Source: Thalia democratica (Eukaryota). From it: a stretch of 64,000 nucleotides of DNA. The position numbers and the translations under genes are program-made. Position 1 is the stretch's first letter. Every line of letters starts with the position of its first letter. Below are positions 51,001 to 61,900 of the stretch, piece after piece. Where the stretch lies: NCBI GenBank assembly GCA_965202585.1, contig OZ241832.1:48918001-48982000 (forward strand). The letters run 5' to 3'. The notes beneath the pieces were generated by a model. It had not been told where the DNA came from and ran no database searches. It saw nothing but the letters and a program-made list of their open reading frames with translations.

Positions 51001-54000
51001 TCGACACCCTGGTCGAGTTGACCGTCCACATGAACAAAATGAACCACTTCCGGGACTTCAACCAGAGAGGCTCGTCGAAGGGCAGCGAGAAAAGCAAGCC
51101 GGAAAAAAGTGAAAGTAGTTCAGGTGCGTTTTTTTGTAAAACTGTAATAAGTTAGAGTTTTAGTTTGAAAATGTATTTATCATTGTAGTAAGGTTTTTAT
51201 TATTTTTTAAGATACCATTTTAAACTTTTTATAAATAACTAGAAAATATTCATTATTAGGAAATGAGTATTTTTTGTTTACTTATAACAAATTACAAAAG
51301 GTATCTAAAAGTTATTTTGTGAGTTTTTTGAGCTGAAAAACAATAAATTACTTTCAGCAAGCTATCGAGTTATCTTTTAATTCTGTGCATTTTACGGCCC
51401 ACACACAAACACAAGTAGTTGAGATTTGTTGAGCGATGTACAAAGAAAGATTGATATAAGCCTTTCGACGTTTCACTTAGTCAATGACACGTTCTTGTTT
51501 CTTGCTGAATTTTGCTTTTGGGTGGCAATCTCGCCCAGCGATAAAAACGTTTTGAAATTTAAAGCAGCGCGTTTAAGTCGCCAAGATTTCAGTTTCAGCG
51601 TTGGTTCGTGTAAGGATTTATAGCAAAGATTACATTTTAAAGCTACCATTAGTAATAAATAGTATCTGAAAATGAAAATATCAAAAAATAACTTTGATTT
51701 AAGCTGAAAATGCAAAAAAAAACGCCAAGCAGCTGAAGCCAAATAAGTGCTAGGCTTAACAGGCAAATTAACCGAGTGAACACTGCAGCGAACAACAGTT
51801 TCTTTATTTTTAGCCGCTCGCTTCACCATATTTGCTTTTCATATTAATGTCGCACGCTGATGCCATCAACTTCTAAACAAGCTTTTAATAACGAGCCTTC
51901 TTTTGACGCATGGACAAGGAATTGCTTGTCAATGGGATAAAAAGCAACTTCATGTCTAATTTAATAACTTTTTCTAAGAACAAACGTGCGCTGCATTGTC
52001 CCCGTGTAGATTATGTGTCCTGTGTGTGTGGAAATTGACAGCTCGTTATTATCTACTTAACTCCTCGATAAAAAATAAATTGATGTGCGTAACTCTTCAA
52101 AACCCGTGTGTAGCAACTTTCTTGAACATTTTAAGCTGAAGTTTAATTTTAAAACACTGTTTAAAATGAGCCGCTTAGTGTGGAATGCATTTCGTAAATT
52201 TAGAATTTTTCAAACTTCGTAAAACTTGTTATGTAATTGTTTTATATCACAAAAGTGTTTTTACTTAAAATTAAAAGATGACTTTTTGTTATAAATATCA
52301 TAAATTTTAGTTTTTAAACACATTAATACCTGGTTAATAAAAAACTTTAAATTACTTTTCTGTGTTGTTATGTGTCTTATTTCATTAGGCTAACTAAAGG
52401 TTGCATGAAAAATATTCGTACATCGAAAAACGCTTAACTAAGTTTATGCTTTTAATCCTTAACGCTTGTTTTAATGCTTTTTTAATTGTGATCTGGTCAC
52501 AGGCAACTACGACAAAGCATCGAGTTTCAACGGGATCTCAACCAACAAGAAGCGAAAGTTGAGCGGCGGCGAGGAAGCGGGCGGCAAATCGGAAAACGTT
52601 CTCACTTGCATGCAGTGCAAGCACAGCTTCGACTCGCTGCAGGTATTTGCAAACGGAATCAACTTCGAGTTTTTTTAAGAACAGTGTTAAAGTCACAATT
52701 AGTAAAAAAAATAATGTTTTACTTTCAAAATATTAATTTAAAAAATGTTTATTCAAACAGTATTAATAATCACTCAAAATATCAGGACTTGTCGGTGCAC
52801 ATGATGAAGACGAAACATTACGAGAACGTGCCCTCATTGCGAGCCTGGCCCCAACACTCAACTGCGCCATCAAGCGGCCAGCAAGCATCCAACGCCAAGT
52901 CAAAGGCGAACGGATCAGCGAGGTCGAGTTCGAGTGAAGCCGCCTCAGGATTGAACAGCGTCGCCTTCCAGCAACCCGGTCTGGTGAACGGTAGTATTTT
53001 CAGCCCCAGCCAAATGTCCAATCAGCACGCCATAGCGTCCATGCTATCGACAGGTCAGATTTTTTTCTCGTATTTTTGGGCTTTTTTCGGCAGGAACTGT
53101 TTTTGTCCGGTCAGTTTGTTTCTGCTATCGCGGAAATTTTTATTTTGGGACGTTCGATTGCGTTTGACTTGAGCAACATTAGCTTTCTCTTAAAATAAAT
53201 ACACAAATAAACTCGAGCAAGCGAGCTTTTCGCAGCTGCGCTTTTCGTTAAATGTCAGCCAGTTTGTGTTTTGCAAAAGCAATTAATCTTATTACGCGTT
53301 TTACTGAGCGTAACATCAATCTTCCGGCTTTGAAATTAGCGTTTTTTAATAAATTAGTTCCAAAATTTAATTTACTGGGAGAAGCTTTTAACTTTAAGCT
53401 GTTAAAGTTATAATTTTTTAAACCCGAACTTTAAAACTATTTTATACACACAACTACAAATAAATGTTTTTAATGGTTGTTTTTCATTTTGTTTATGAAA
53501 ATCCAGCACTTTTTAATTACCACGATTCAGTCATGCTTTTAAACTTACCACATTCTTCACACACACGGTACTAGTTGTCATATTTTTCTGCAGGTCTTCC
53601 GAACGTGACAGCTTACTACAACATGCTCTTCAACCCCTCCCTCATGAACATGATGCGCAACTCCTTCCTGTCCAGCACCTTCGCCTCCAACAACTCCGCC
53701 TCCCTCTTCAACCAATTTCCCGCCACCGGCATGACCCAGGAAAAGTTCATTGCGCAGTACGCGGCCGCCTTGCAGCTTCGGCAGATGATGTCCGCCTCGA
53801 TGGCGACGCCCAGCGACAAGACCGGCGAGTTCCAGCAGAAGCTCGCGTCCGCCATGGCGTTGGAAGCGCTGGGAGGCGCCAACCAATCGGGGTTTGACTC
53901 CCTGAACGCGTTGAACTACCAGAAGCTGCTGATGAGCTCAACCCAGCTGTACAACCAACGGTCCGGCAACCAGCAGTTTTTTAACAAAAGCAAAGACGCG

Positions 54001-57000
54001 TCGAAGGCGGCCTCGTCGTCCGCTTCCGAGTTGGTGTCGTCCCCCATGGAAGCGTCAACTCCGTCGACTTCGTCCGAGATGGACTTCATCAACAAGCTGG
54101 AGGGAACGGTGCACACCGCGCTGAGAAAAGTGCAAAAGAAGCAGGCGAAGGCCAGGAGTCGCTCTTCCACGCCCAAGATCGCCTCGAAAAGCTCAAAGCT
54201 GGTCAGGTCCCCCGCGGAGAAGCAGAACGCTTCGAAAGACGGAAAAGATTCTTGTGCGTCGCCGCTAGACCTGACCTTGAAGTCTTCCAGCTTGTCGAGC
54301 TCCGGCTCTCCCGAATTAAAAACCGTCGAAACCGACTCGAGCACGAGTAAGTCCGGCAGTTTAAAAACAACTTCGAAAAGGAAATTTCTCGCCTACACCG
54401 GAAATCAGCCCTCGAAAGACCCGCTGCAAGGTCTGAAAGACATGCTAGGAAGCTCGAAGACGTTCAAGAGCCCGTCGAAGAAAGCCGCGCAGAGTGCTAA
54501 GTACGTCGTGCCGAGGAGTTTCGAGGACACGACCGCCACCAGCTCGAAGGCGAACCCTCTGCAAGAGATGCTGAGGATCGTGAACGACACCAAAAAGTTT
54601 GCCGCGAACGGGAGCCAGAGCTTGAGTTTTGGTAAGACGAGCGGCAACCTGCCGTTGAGCGCGTCGTCGTTTTCATCGAGCAAGTGCACCAACGTTTACG
54701 ATGACTTGGTCGTGGCTTCCAAGGAAACCAAACCGTCGGACCCCATACTGGGTCTCAAGCAGCTCGTCCACTCAAAAAAACTGCAAAGCTCGATTCTGAT
54801 GAGCTCCCCGGTGAAAAACAACGTCAAAAATCCGCGCAAAATCTCAAAGCAGGAGAGCGGCCAGCATGCAGTTGAGAAAGCTGAAAGCAAAACTTCGCGT
54901 TTGAACTCGCCGATCGGCTCAGGTGAGTGATGAGTACCACACGAAATGTTTACGTTAAAAAGTTTCAAATCTGTCGCAGCTTTCAAATCACTTCACGCTC
55001 TGAAGTGTGAAGACGTATATTTACTCTGGGGCTCTGTGTTGTGTAAACTTCGCTTCAGCCGTCAATCAAACTTCGCTCAGTTTGTCACATTCCGGTCAGT
55101 TTTTCTTATTGGCCGGTAATGCGAGATAACCGAGCGTGAAGTTTGCAAAGCACCAGCGCGAGAGCCGCAACTAAATTTCCGTTTGAACATTTTCGAACAG
55201 ATTGTCTCTTTTTTTGAAAATTTACTTTTATTAAAGTTTGCAGAAATTTTTAAAAATATGTAAGGGACTATTTTTAGTTAAATGGTTTGTACGAATTATA
55301 AGTAAACATATCTATAGTTTAAGTTCTCAGTCTAAATGTTAAATTTTACCATTTATATAATCCACTTAATTACGTACCAACATTTAAAAAATACTTAAAG
55401 TTAATAAATTTCTTTATTTGAATTTTAGACGTTATTCCTGTACTATTTATAAGTATAAACTATAGTATTTTCAAATAGTTGACAAACTTAAATAAAACAT
55501 TTCTAAGTTATTTGTCACTGAATTTTTAATTGATAACTTGTTGTAAATAATTTTATCAATATAATATGTTCATCAAAAACTACCGTATTTTTTCTTAAAA
55601 CAAACTTGGATCACATAAAAAAAATTTATACTATTTATACTCATCTACAAGCTATTTGCTTTTTCTCGCACTGAAAAGCAACAACGTTTTGACGCAAAAA
55701 TGCATTTTTTTATTTTCAGAAACCAGCGAGCACGAGGCCGAGAAGCCGCCGACGATCTTCAAAAACAAAAACTTGAGCCTGGACTCTTTGAACCCGCAAG
55801 CACTGATGCTGTTGCAAGCCTACTTCGCCCAAACTACCAAGACCGCCACCACCACCAGCAAGGACGTCCAAAGCCAGTCGCCGTCCAAAGTTGAGGTTAG
55901 ACAAATATTTTTAAAATTAAACAATTTCTCCGATGTGAATTCGCAAGTTTTAAACCGAAGCTTGCATTGTTTCGCGCAACGCAATAAAAGCGAGCTGTCA
56001 ATGAGAGGCTTGGAAAGAAACGAAAACGCGACTTTGATTTGAAAAGCTGTCACCGCGCTGCGAGCTTTTTGTTTTTACCTTAACAAGCTTAACTGAAAAG
56101 CGTTCTCTTTGTAGTAGTTTTTTTAAATTCCCATATAAAAATAAGGGAAAATTCAAACAACGATGATTTGTGTGAAGTTGACTGCTCCTGACGTGATAAT
56201 TGTAATTTAACGTTTTTTTTTGTCGCAATTTTCATTTCCTTGTTTGCTTTTAGTTTTTTTTTTGAACAAAGTATAAACACAAAAAGGAATTACTATTTAA
56301 TGCCAGACAAGCGGTTTATGAAACAAAGCAAAAGTTATTTTGTTTAGAACAAATTATTTTTTGTTTAAAGCTATATTCGAAGGCATTATTAGTTCTTGAT
56401 AACAAAAGTTTAGATTATATTTGAACAAATAAACAATTTTAAAATCTTGAATTATACCTCAAAATATATTCTTTAATCTAAAAAGTTACATAACTATTGT
56501 TGGAAGCAAATATTGTTATAAAATAAAGTTTTAGGAAACAAAAAAGTAATTTTTATTTCTTTACGAAAACATGTAACACTGCTTAGTCAAACATTTTCAC
56601 GCTTAATATGCATTATTTTGAGTTTTTTCTGCGTTTTTCAAAATAAACTTTTCTTGTTTGTTCGCACTTTTTCGTGTTTTCAACTACTCCAGACGTGTTT
56701 TTTCTGTCGTTTAGGTTATTTTGTTTATTCTTTAACAGCTGTTTCAAATGTAAAACACGGAATCAATATTATCAACAATTACACAACCAAGTGTGACTGT
56801 TACTTAAATATGTTCCTGATTTTTTTACACAAAACAACAAAAAAAATCTTCTTGTATAATAAATTCAACGTTGTTAGATACATGTAGCCAAATACATAAA
56901 AAATAGCTTTAAATATAAGCTTTATTCTTTTAGGAAGACGAGACAAACATTACTTTTTTTTTTTTGATCGACTTCACTCGCAAAAGCATGCAACTTAAAA

Positions 57001-57456
57001 ACACGCAAATGTCGTTCAAACACCATTCCGAAAAAACATTTATTCATACAAATTTATTCAAACATCATTCTGACGTGAATTTAAACAGCAGCAGTTGAAG
57101 CAAGTGATATCGGTGCTGAGCGAAAACAACAAGCAGCAAGATAAAAGATCCGTCGCTGGTCCACAAATCAAAAGCGATGCTGCGGAAAAGAACGAAGAAC
57201 AACCGCCCGTTTCGTCGTGTAAGTTTCGTTTGTATGCTCGCTTATGACGTCACAACGCGATTAGGTTGTGTTTATGTTTTTTGCAAGTGTCGCGTCAATT
57301 GGTTGTCAAAACTCTAATTTTGCAGCTTGCGAAGCGGAAAACTCGACAAACTCCTCTGCTGCTGCTGGTGAGGAGCAACCGTCGGAAAAAGATGACAAAA
57401 AGTTGAGTAATTCTTCGGCAAAGGCGGTGGAAAGTAAAACGAGTTCGAATAGGTAG
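47932..57456 (+). CDS. tshz: Teashirt-family zinc finger (homeobox) transcription factor, TSHZ homologue; multi-exon model
   Basis: KLFSSVFSGASQFTCRDCCSSFDTLVELTVHMNKMNHFRD matches TSHZ finger 1 (vertebrate-type GASxFxCxDCxxxxDTLVELTVHMNxxxHxRD). VLTCMQCKHSFDSLQ/DLSVHMMKTKHYENVP matches finger 2. PLDLT at 54262-54276. NPQALMLLQAYFAQ matches TSHZ homeodomain helix 1 (NPQHLLILQAQFA). Exons 47932/47948-48057, 49656-49850, 50934-51123, 52503-52642, 52786-53053, 53594-54922, 55720-55895, 57089-57218 and 57326-57456 join in frame. Confidence 0.9.
49656..49850 (+). CDS. tshz: tshz exon (QQRSDNNCLSK...DVTPLP)
   Basis: Acceptor tttcacAG|CAG; GC-rich open frame; donor CCG|GTTTGT at 49851, phase 0, in frame with the finger-1 exon. 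Confidence 0.75.
50934..51123 (+). CDS. tshz: tshz exon encoding zinc finger 1
   Basis: Acceptor tttattttcacAG; EKLFSSVFSGASQFTCRDCCSSFDTLVELTVHMNKMNHFRD; donor CAG|GTGCGT at 51124 (phase 1). Confidence 0.93.
52503..52642 (+). CDS. tshz: tshz exon: KKRK basic motif and N-terminal half of zinc finger 2
   Basis: Acceptor ggtcacAG at 52501-02 (phase 1); GNYDKASSFNGISTNKKRKLSGGEEAGGKSENVLTCMQCKHSFDSLQ; donor CAG|GTATTT at 52643. Confidence 0.92.
52786..53053 (+). CDS. tshz: tshz exon: C-terminal half of zinc finger 2 plus S/A/Q-rich linker
   Basis: Acceptor aatatcAG at 52784-85 (phase 0); DLSVHMMKTKHYENVP...; donor CAG|GTCAGA at 53054 (phase 1). Confidence 0.9.
53594..54922 (+). CDS. tshz: Large central tshz exon: Ser/Ala-rich, with the PLDLT CtBP-binding motif
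   Basis: Acceptor tttttctgcAG at 53592-93; 451-aa track ORF with strong C/G third-position bias; donor CAG|GTGAGT at 54923 (phase 1). Confidence 0.92.
55720..55895 (+). CDS. tshz: tshz exon with a homeodomain helix-1-like segment
   Basis: Acceptor tattttcAG at 55718-19 (phase 1); ETSEHEAEKPPTIFKNKNLSLDSLNPQALMLLQAYFAQT...KVE; donor GAG|GTTAGA at 55896 (phase 0). Confidence 0.85.
57089..57218 (+). CDS. tshz: tshz exon (QQLKQVISVLSENNKQ...PPVSS)
   Basis: Acceptor ttaaacAG|CAGCAG (phase 0); donor T|GTAAGT at 57219 (phase 1). Confidence 0.75.
57326..57456 (+). CDS. tshz: tshz exon, possibly terminal (SCEAENSTNSSAAAGEEQ...SSNR-TAG)
   Basis: Acceptor ctaattttgcAG at 57324-25 (phase 1); TAG at 57454-56; AATAAA at 57682-87. 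Internal donors at 57368 and 57453 leave the true 3' end uncertain. Confidence 0.7.
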
Positions 57457-58461
57457 CTTATTTTGTATATTTTTGTATGTGTTTTTTTTTGAACATCAAG
57501 TAATTAACAACACATAAAGAGATTAAAAAAACTACTCTATATGTATTTTATAGTTGGTTTTGTAGATAGAAAATGTATTAGAATTTGGATGGCTATTTTT
57601 GTTATTTACTTTAGGGCATAAAGTTTTTAGATTTCAAAAATAAGAAAGTAAGAAAAATTAGATGATCTAATTATAGAATGCAATAAAGCAGAAAAACTGT
57701 TTTAAGTTTTTTATTTGAAATTTTAGATTTTACAAGCTTGATAAGTTTCCACTTTTCAGGTGTTAAAACATTAAAAACTGTTTTTTTAGGCCTATAAAAA
57801 AGATAAGCATCAAGCATTAAAGAAAACTTTTTTAAAGACGAATTTTGTTATTTTTATATGGTTTTTTCAAGGCTATCAAGTAAAACGTTATAACACCTAT
57901 AAAACCAATTGTTCGTTTTGATAAATATTGTCACTTTGTCAAGGAACAATGATTTTATTTTGGTAATTGATTATTATGAAAGCGCTACAATAATAAGCAG
58001 CAGGCGGTTGTGCCGTTTCGTTTTTACGATCGTGGCGTTTAGAGACATCGATCAAGTTGATAGATGGAAGTTTTCTGTTAGAACTTTCCACTAAATAACG
58101 TTTCATGCTTTTTGAAAACAAATTAAGAAAATACCAGCTGTTCGGCACTGGATAAACTATCACGTTTCTCTACAAACGTTCTTCTGGTTTTTGCCTACAA
58201 ATCATGTTGTCACTGTGTCTATGCTTAATCAAAAACAGCTAATTTGTTATTAAATAATTGTCTGATGTATCATAATTTTGCTCGCTTAATTAATTTAGAA
58301 AGAATAAATAGTTATCAGTCTTTAAAAGGCAAGAATTACAAGCTAAGACTACAATTTTAAGTAGTTTTTTTAGATATACTCTTAAAGTGTATTAAAAGAA
58401 GAGTAAACAATTGACTGTATTTAAAACAAAAAAAAATAATAACCATATAATTTTTTAACAG

Positions 58462-58494
58462 GTCAGAAAATGAGAGTTCATTGTAAGGAACCAG
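58462..58494 (+). CDS. Candidate 33-nt micro-exon downstream of tshz
   Basis: ttttttaacAG|...33 nt...CAG|GTAAAA. Open in phase 1 (GQKMRVHCKEP); terminates in phase 2 (RSENESSL-TAA). Confidence 0.4.
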
Positions 58495-58965
58495 GTAAAA
58501 CAAAGTGAAAAATAATTTGATGCAACTTCAGTGTGTTTTGTAACTTGCAATTTTTATGTGTGTTTTATTTAAGAGTTTTATTTTTTGCAATGCGTCGTTT
58601 CACTTGCTTTCTACATTACATATTAAGTATATATATATATATAAAATTCAGCTTTTCGGCCTAATAAATTGCAATTTTTATTCTATGTTAAATTTGTGAA
58701 CTTAAAGCTTATTAAATTTCAATGTAATGAAACACAAAGCTTTAATCAAAGCCTTGCGTTTTAATCTAATATATTTAGGTTTTCACAGTTTAAATTTTTT
58801 AACAATTAAAAAATAATGACAATAAACGTCATTAAAAGGTGTACGCTTTAATTTGATCTTTTTATTTAAGCACTGTTTAAATGTGATTTATCGTGCAAAA
58901 ACACACTAAAACGAGAAGAAAAATTTTTCACTTTACACTACGAGATGTTTTCCATCACTTAAAAT

Positions 58966-58990
58966 TTACACACACACACATATATATATA
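58966..58990. repeat. Compound (CA)n(TA)n microsatellite
   Basis: tacacacacacacatatatatata read directly. Confidence 0.8.
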
Positions 58991-61900
58991 AAATGCGGAC
59001 AGGCACACAGCTTTGATGTTGCCAATAAAGAAATGATTGATTCCCGCTATTTGTTATGCTGAGCTTAATTCAATTGACAAGACACGGCCAGGCACTCCGC
59101 TGGCGTCCGTTACTCCTCTACATACACACTCTCATCAAAAAACGTTTGCTGGTGTCGGTCGGCTTTTTCTAATAACAACGCTTGTAATGTTTCGCTTTAA
59201 TTTCTTGTTAAACGTCGACAAACTGCAATCAGCTGCACCTGAAAAAACAAGCGAATGTGTTTCTCTCAACATTTGTATGTATAAATGTGTGTGCGAATTA
59301 GAACCTGTTTTGCTGCTCCTAACTTTTGTTGTGATTTTTTCGCAGAATGCATCTGGTTTGTAGCAGATCGCTACAAGTTTTCTTTTCAACAAATTCCAAA
59401 GATTATACTTCTTTGCGTTCAATTCGTAGAACTTGTATGATTTTCTATATGCTTAATCAGATATGTTTATTTTGTTTTGGTAATGTTGTTTTTATTGTAT
59501 CTCCTATCAGTGTTTTTTTAATATTTTCAATCATTTGAATTGAAAATTATGACAAGTTGTGTTTTTTTTGCGTTTTATACTTTATTAAATTATATTCCAG
59601 AAAATAAAATTGTGCACTATTTAAAATTTTTGGTTTTATTTACTTACTAAACTTAAATAATGTGTTTTTAGTCAAAAATATTTTTTTAAGTTAAGGTTCT
59701 ACTGAAAATTAAAAGGTTGTGCAAGCATTATTATCTAAATGAAAGTAGATTTTTTTCTTATGTTAACATATTTTGTATAAAATTTTTCTAAAAATTTCAA
59801 AGCACATAATTAATACTTAGCTATTAAGTCACTTCAGGTCAAAAACTTCTGAAAAATAAATTGCAACGTTTAAAAAATACCAAATAATATTACAAAAAAA
59901 AAAGTATTAAGTAAAACGACAAATGATTTTAGAAAGTATTACTTATTTATTTGATAAACTACTTCAAAATATTGTCACTTTGTAAAAATGACAGTTCGAA
60001 AATAAGAAGTGTTATTGCAATTTTTTAAATAGGGATTAGTTTTAAAATGTTTCATGAGTGAACAATATCTGTGAAAAAACTTCTATTCAAGTCATTTCCG
60101 TACGAAAAATAAATCTGTAAAACTTAATTATTTTACTTCGTGTAATAAATCTATATGAATATTTTGTTTTAGTTGTTACTTAATAAATAATTAAAGTTGC
60201 TCACTTTGTATCATTAAGTAATTAATTTCTGAATATGCAAATCATACTTGGTTTTATAAACACTTCTTAATAAGTTTTAAATATTGTAAAAATTATTTAA
60301 GTTACTGAAAACAGTTTTTCTGATCTAAAATGGTTTTGCAAACAATTTATTAGAAGTTAAAATTACTAACCGCCAAACTAAAAATTAAATTTTATTTAGT
60401 TAAACAGTTTTCTTTTTCATTGCAAAATAAAATACACCTTAAACTTCTTTTCAACATTAAAACACAAGCTTTCTTATAACTGTACACAATATATATTTTC
60501 TTAGTTGAAAGTTTTACGTTTTCTTTGTATTTTAATACATTTCAGAAATTCTATTAAAAACAAAAACTTATATCAAGATGTTTTTTACAAAAAAACTGTA
60601 CTGACGCAAATAAATATACATTGTATTGTAGAGTAAGTAACAATTATAAAATTAAACCGAACAGTACTACCTACACATTATTTAGTAATAACTACCTTAT
60701 AATTTAGAGTTATGTAACTTATACTGATATACTTTATCTAAACATAGTATGATTAAAGCTTTTACAACTTTTATAAGTACACAAAAAGAGTTTGAAAAAT
60801 ATTATTTTTTGTAACTGAGTTCTTAGAATTTGTTTAAAGTTCTTTAAAAGATGTAGTTCTAAAGCTTTTAAAAATCATATCTGTATGAATATTTAACATA
60901 TTTACATACTAAGATATTATCTGAAAATATCTCAATCAAGTACAAAATTTGCTAGAGCAATAGCTTCACTTAAGAGAAATTATTTATAAATTTTATACGC
61001 AGAATCTATAGAAAACCTGAGCACTAAAACGTTTTAATAATACTGTCTGAATCATACTATTATTAGATAAAGTATATAAGTATAAATTGCATAACTTTAA
61101 TTCATAAGGTAGTTGTTACTAAAAATGTGTAGGTAGTAAGTAGTGTTCGGTTTAATTTTATAGTTGTTATTTACTCTACAATACAATGTATACTTATTTG
61201 CGTCAGTACAGTTTTTTTATGTAAAAAAACATCTTAATATAAGTTTTTGTTTTTTAATAGAACAAAAGTTCAACTAAAAACTGCTACAAGTAGAATAGTT
61301 TGAAGCTATTAAACTACATGCAGTTTTGAAAAATAAAAATAAAAACTTGGTATTCTAAACAGTATTAACAAAATAGTCTTCGTTAGCATTTTTTTGATAC
61401 TTGTGTTGACAACTGATAATCAATCATTAGTTACTGAATTTTAACAATCTTACTTAGTTGGACCAGTAAGATGCTTAGTTTATTTAAATGTATCTATGTA
61501 TTTGTTTAGTTTTTAGTTTGTTCCTTAAAACTTTACAGTTTGTTAATTATTATTTTTTTGATGTTGAATAACAAGCACTATTAATATTTTTCATTTTAAG
61601 AGTTCGTTTAAGTTTTTGTGCTATAAAAAGTAATTAACTTAACATAGTTTTTCAAGTTATTTGAAAAAAAAAAACTTATTACTATTAAAAAAACTCTATT
61701 ATACTTAACATTTAAGTAATGTAGGTTATAACAGTTTTATATTTCTTTTTATGGTCAGTTATCTAAAAAATAAATAAAAAATATTTTTTAAAGAAAACTT
61801 AATTAAATTGAGTTGCACTTTCAGAGTTTTTTTGAAATAAGTCCATAGTCTTCTTAAATATTTTTTCTAAACTTTTAATAATTTTAAAAACTGATTAACA

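Larger units (their letters stand above)
33000..52200. promoter_or_regulatory. Series of CpG/GC-enriched non-coding islands upstream of and within tshz (putative cis-regulatory modules)
   Basis: Discrete blocks at about 33.0-33.9, 35.4-35.7, 36.6-36.8, 37.1-37.9, 38.6-38.8, 39.6-40.4, 41.1-41.9, 43.6-44.3, 44.7-45.3, 46.0-46.9, 47.2-47.7, 48.1-49.2, 50.4-50.8 and 51.4-52.2 kb. They are separated by very AT-rich spacers and have no convincing ORFs. Confidence 0.55.

Noticed and set aside
53578-54986. Several antisense and alternate-frame ORFs over the large tshz exon (also 52818-53021, 55716-56053)
   Set aside because: Shadow ORFs caused by GC-rich codon usage of the real CDS; no independent motifs.
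56715-56790. AVSNVKHGI resembling TSHZ helix 3 (WLANVKYQL) in the intron after the helix-1 exon
   Set aside because: It lacks the invariant Trp. Its acceptors are phase 1 and its donor phase 2, incompatible with the flanking phase-0 junctions. Probably chance, but worth a glance in RNA-seq.
9652-59538. The many 60-110-aa track ORFs rich in F/L/K/I/N
   Set aside because: Composition mirrors AT-rich non-coding DNA, many start at TTG/GTG, and none has splice or domain support.
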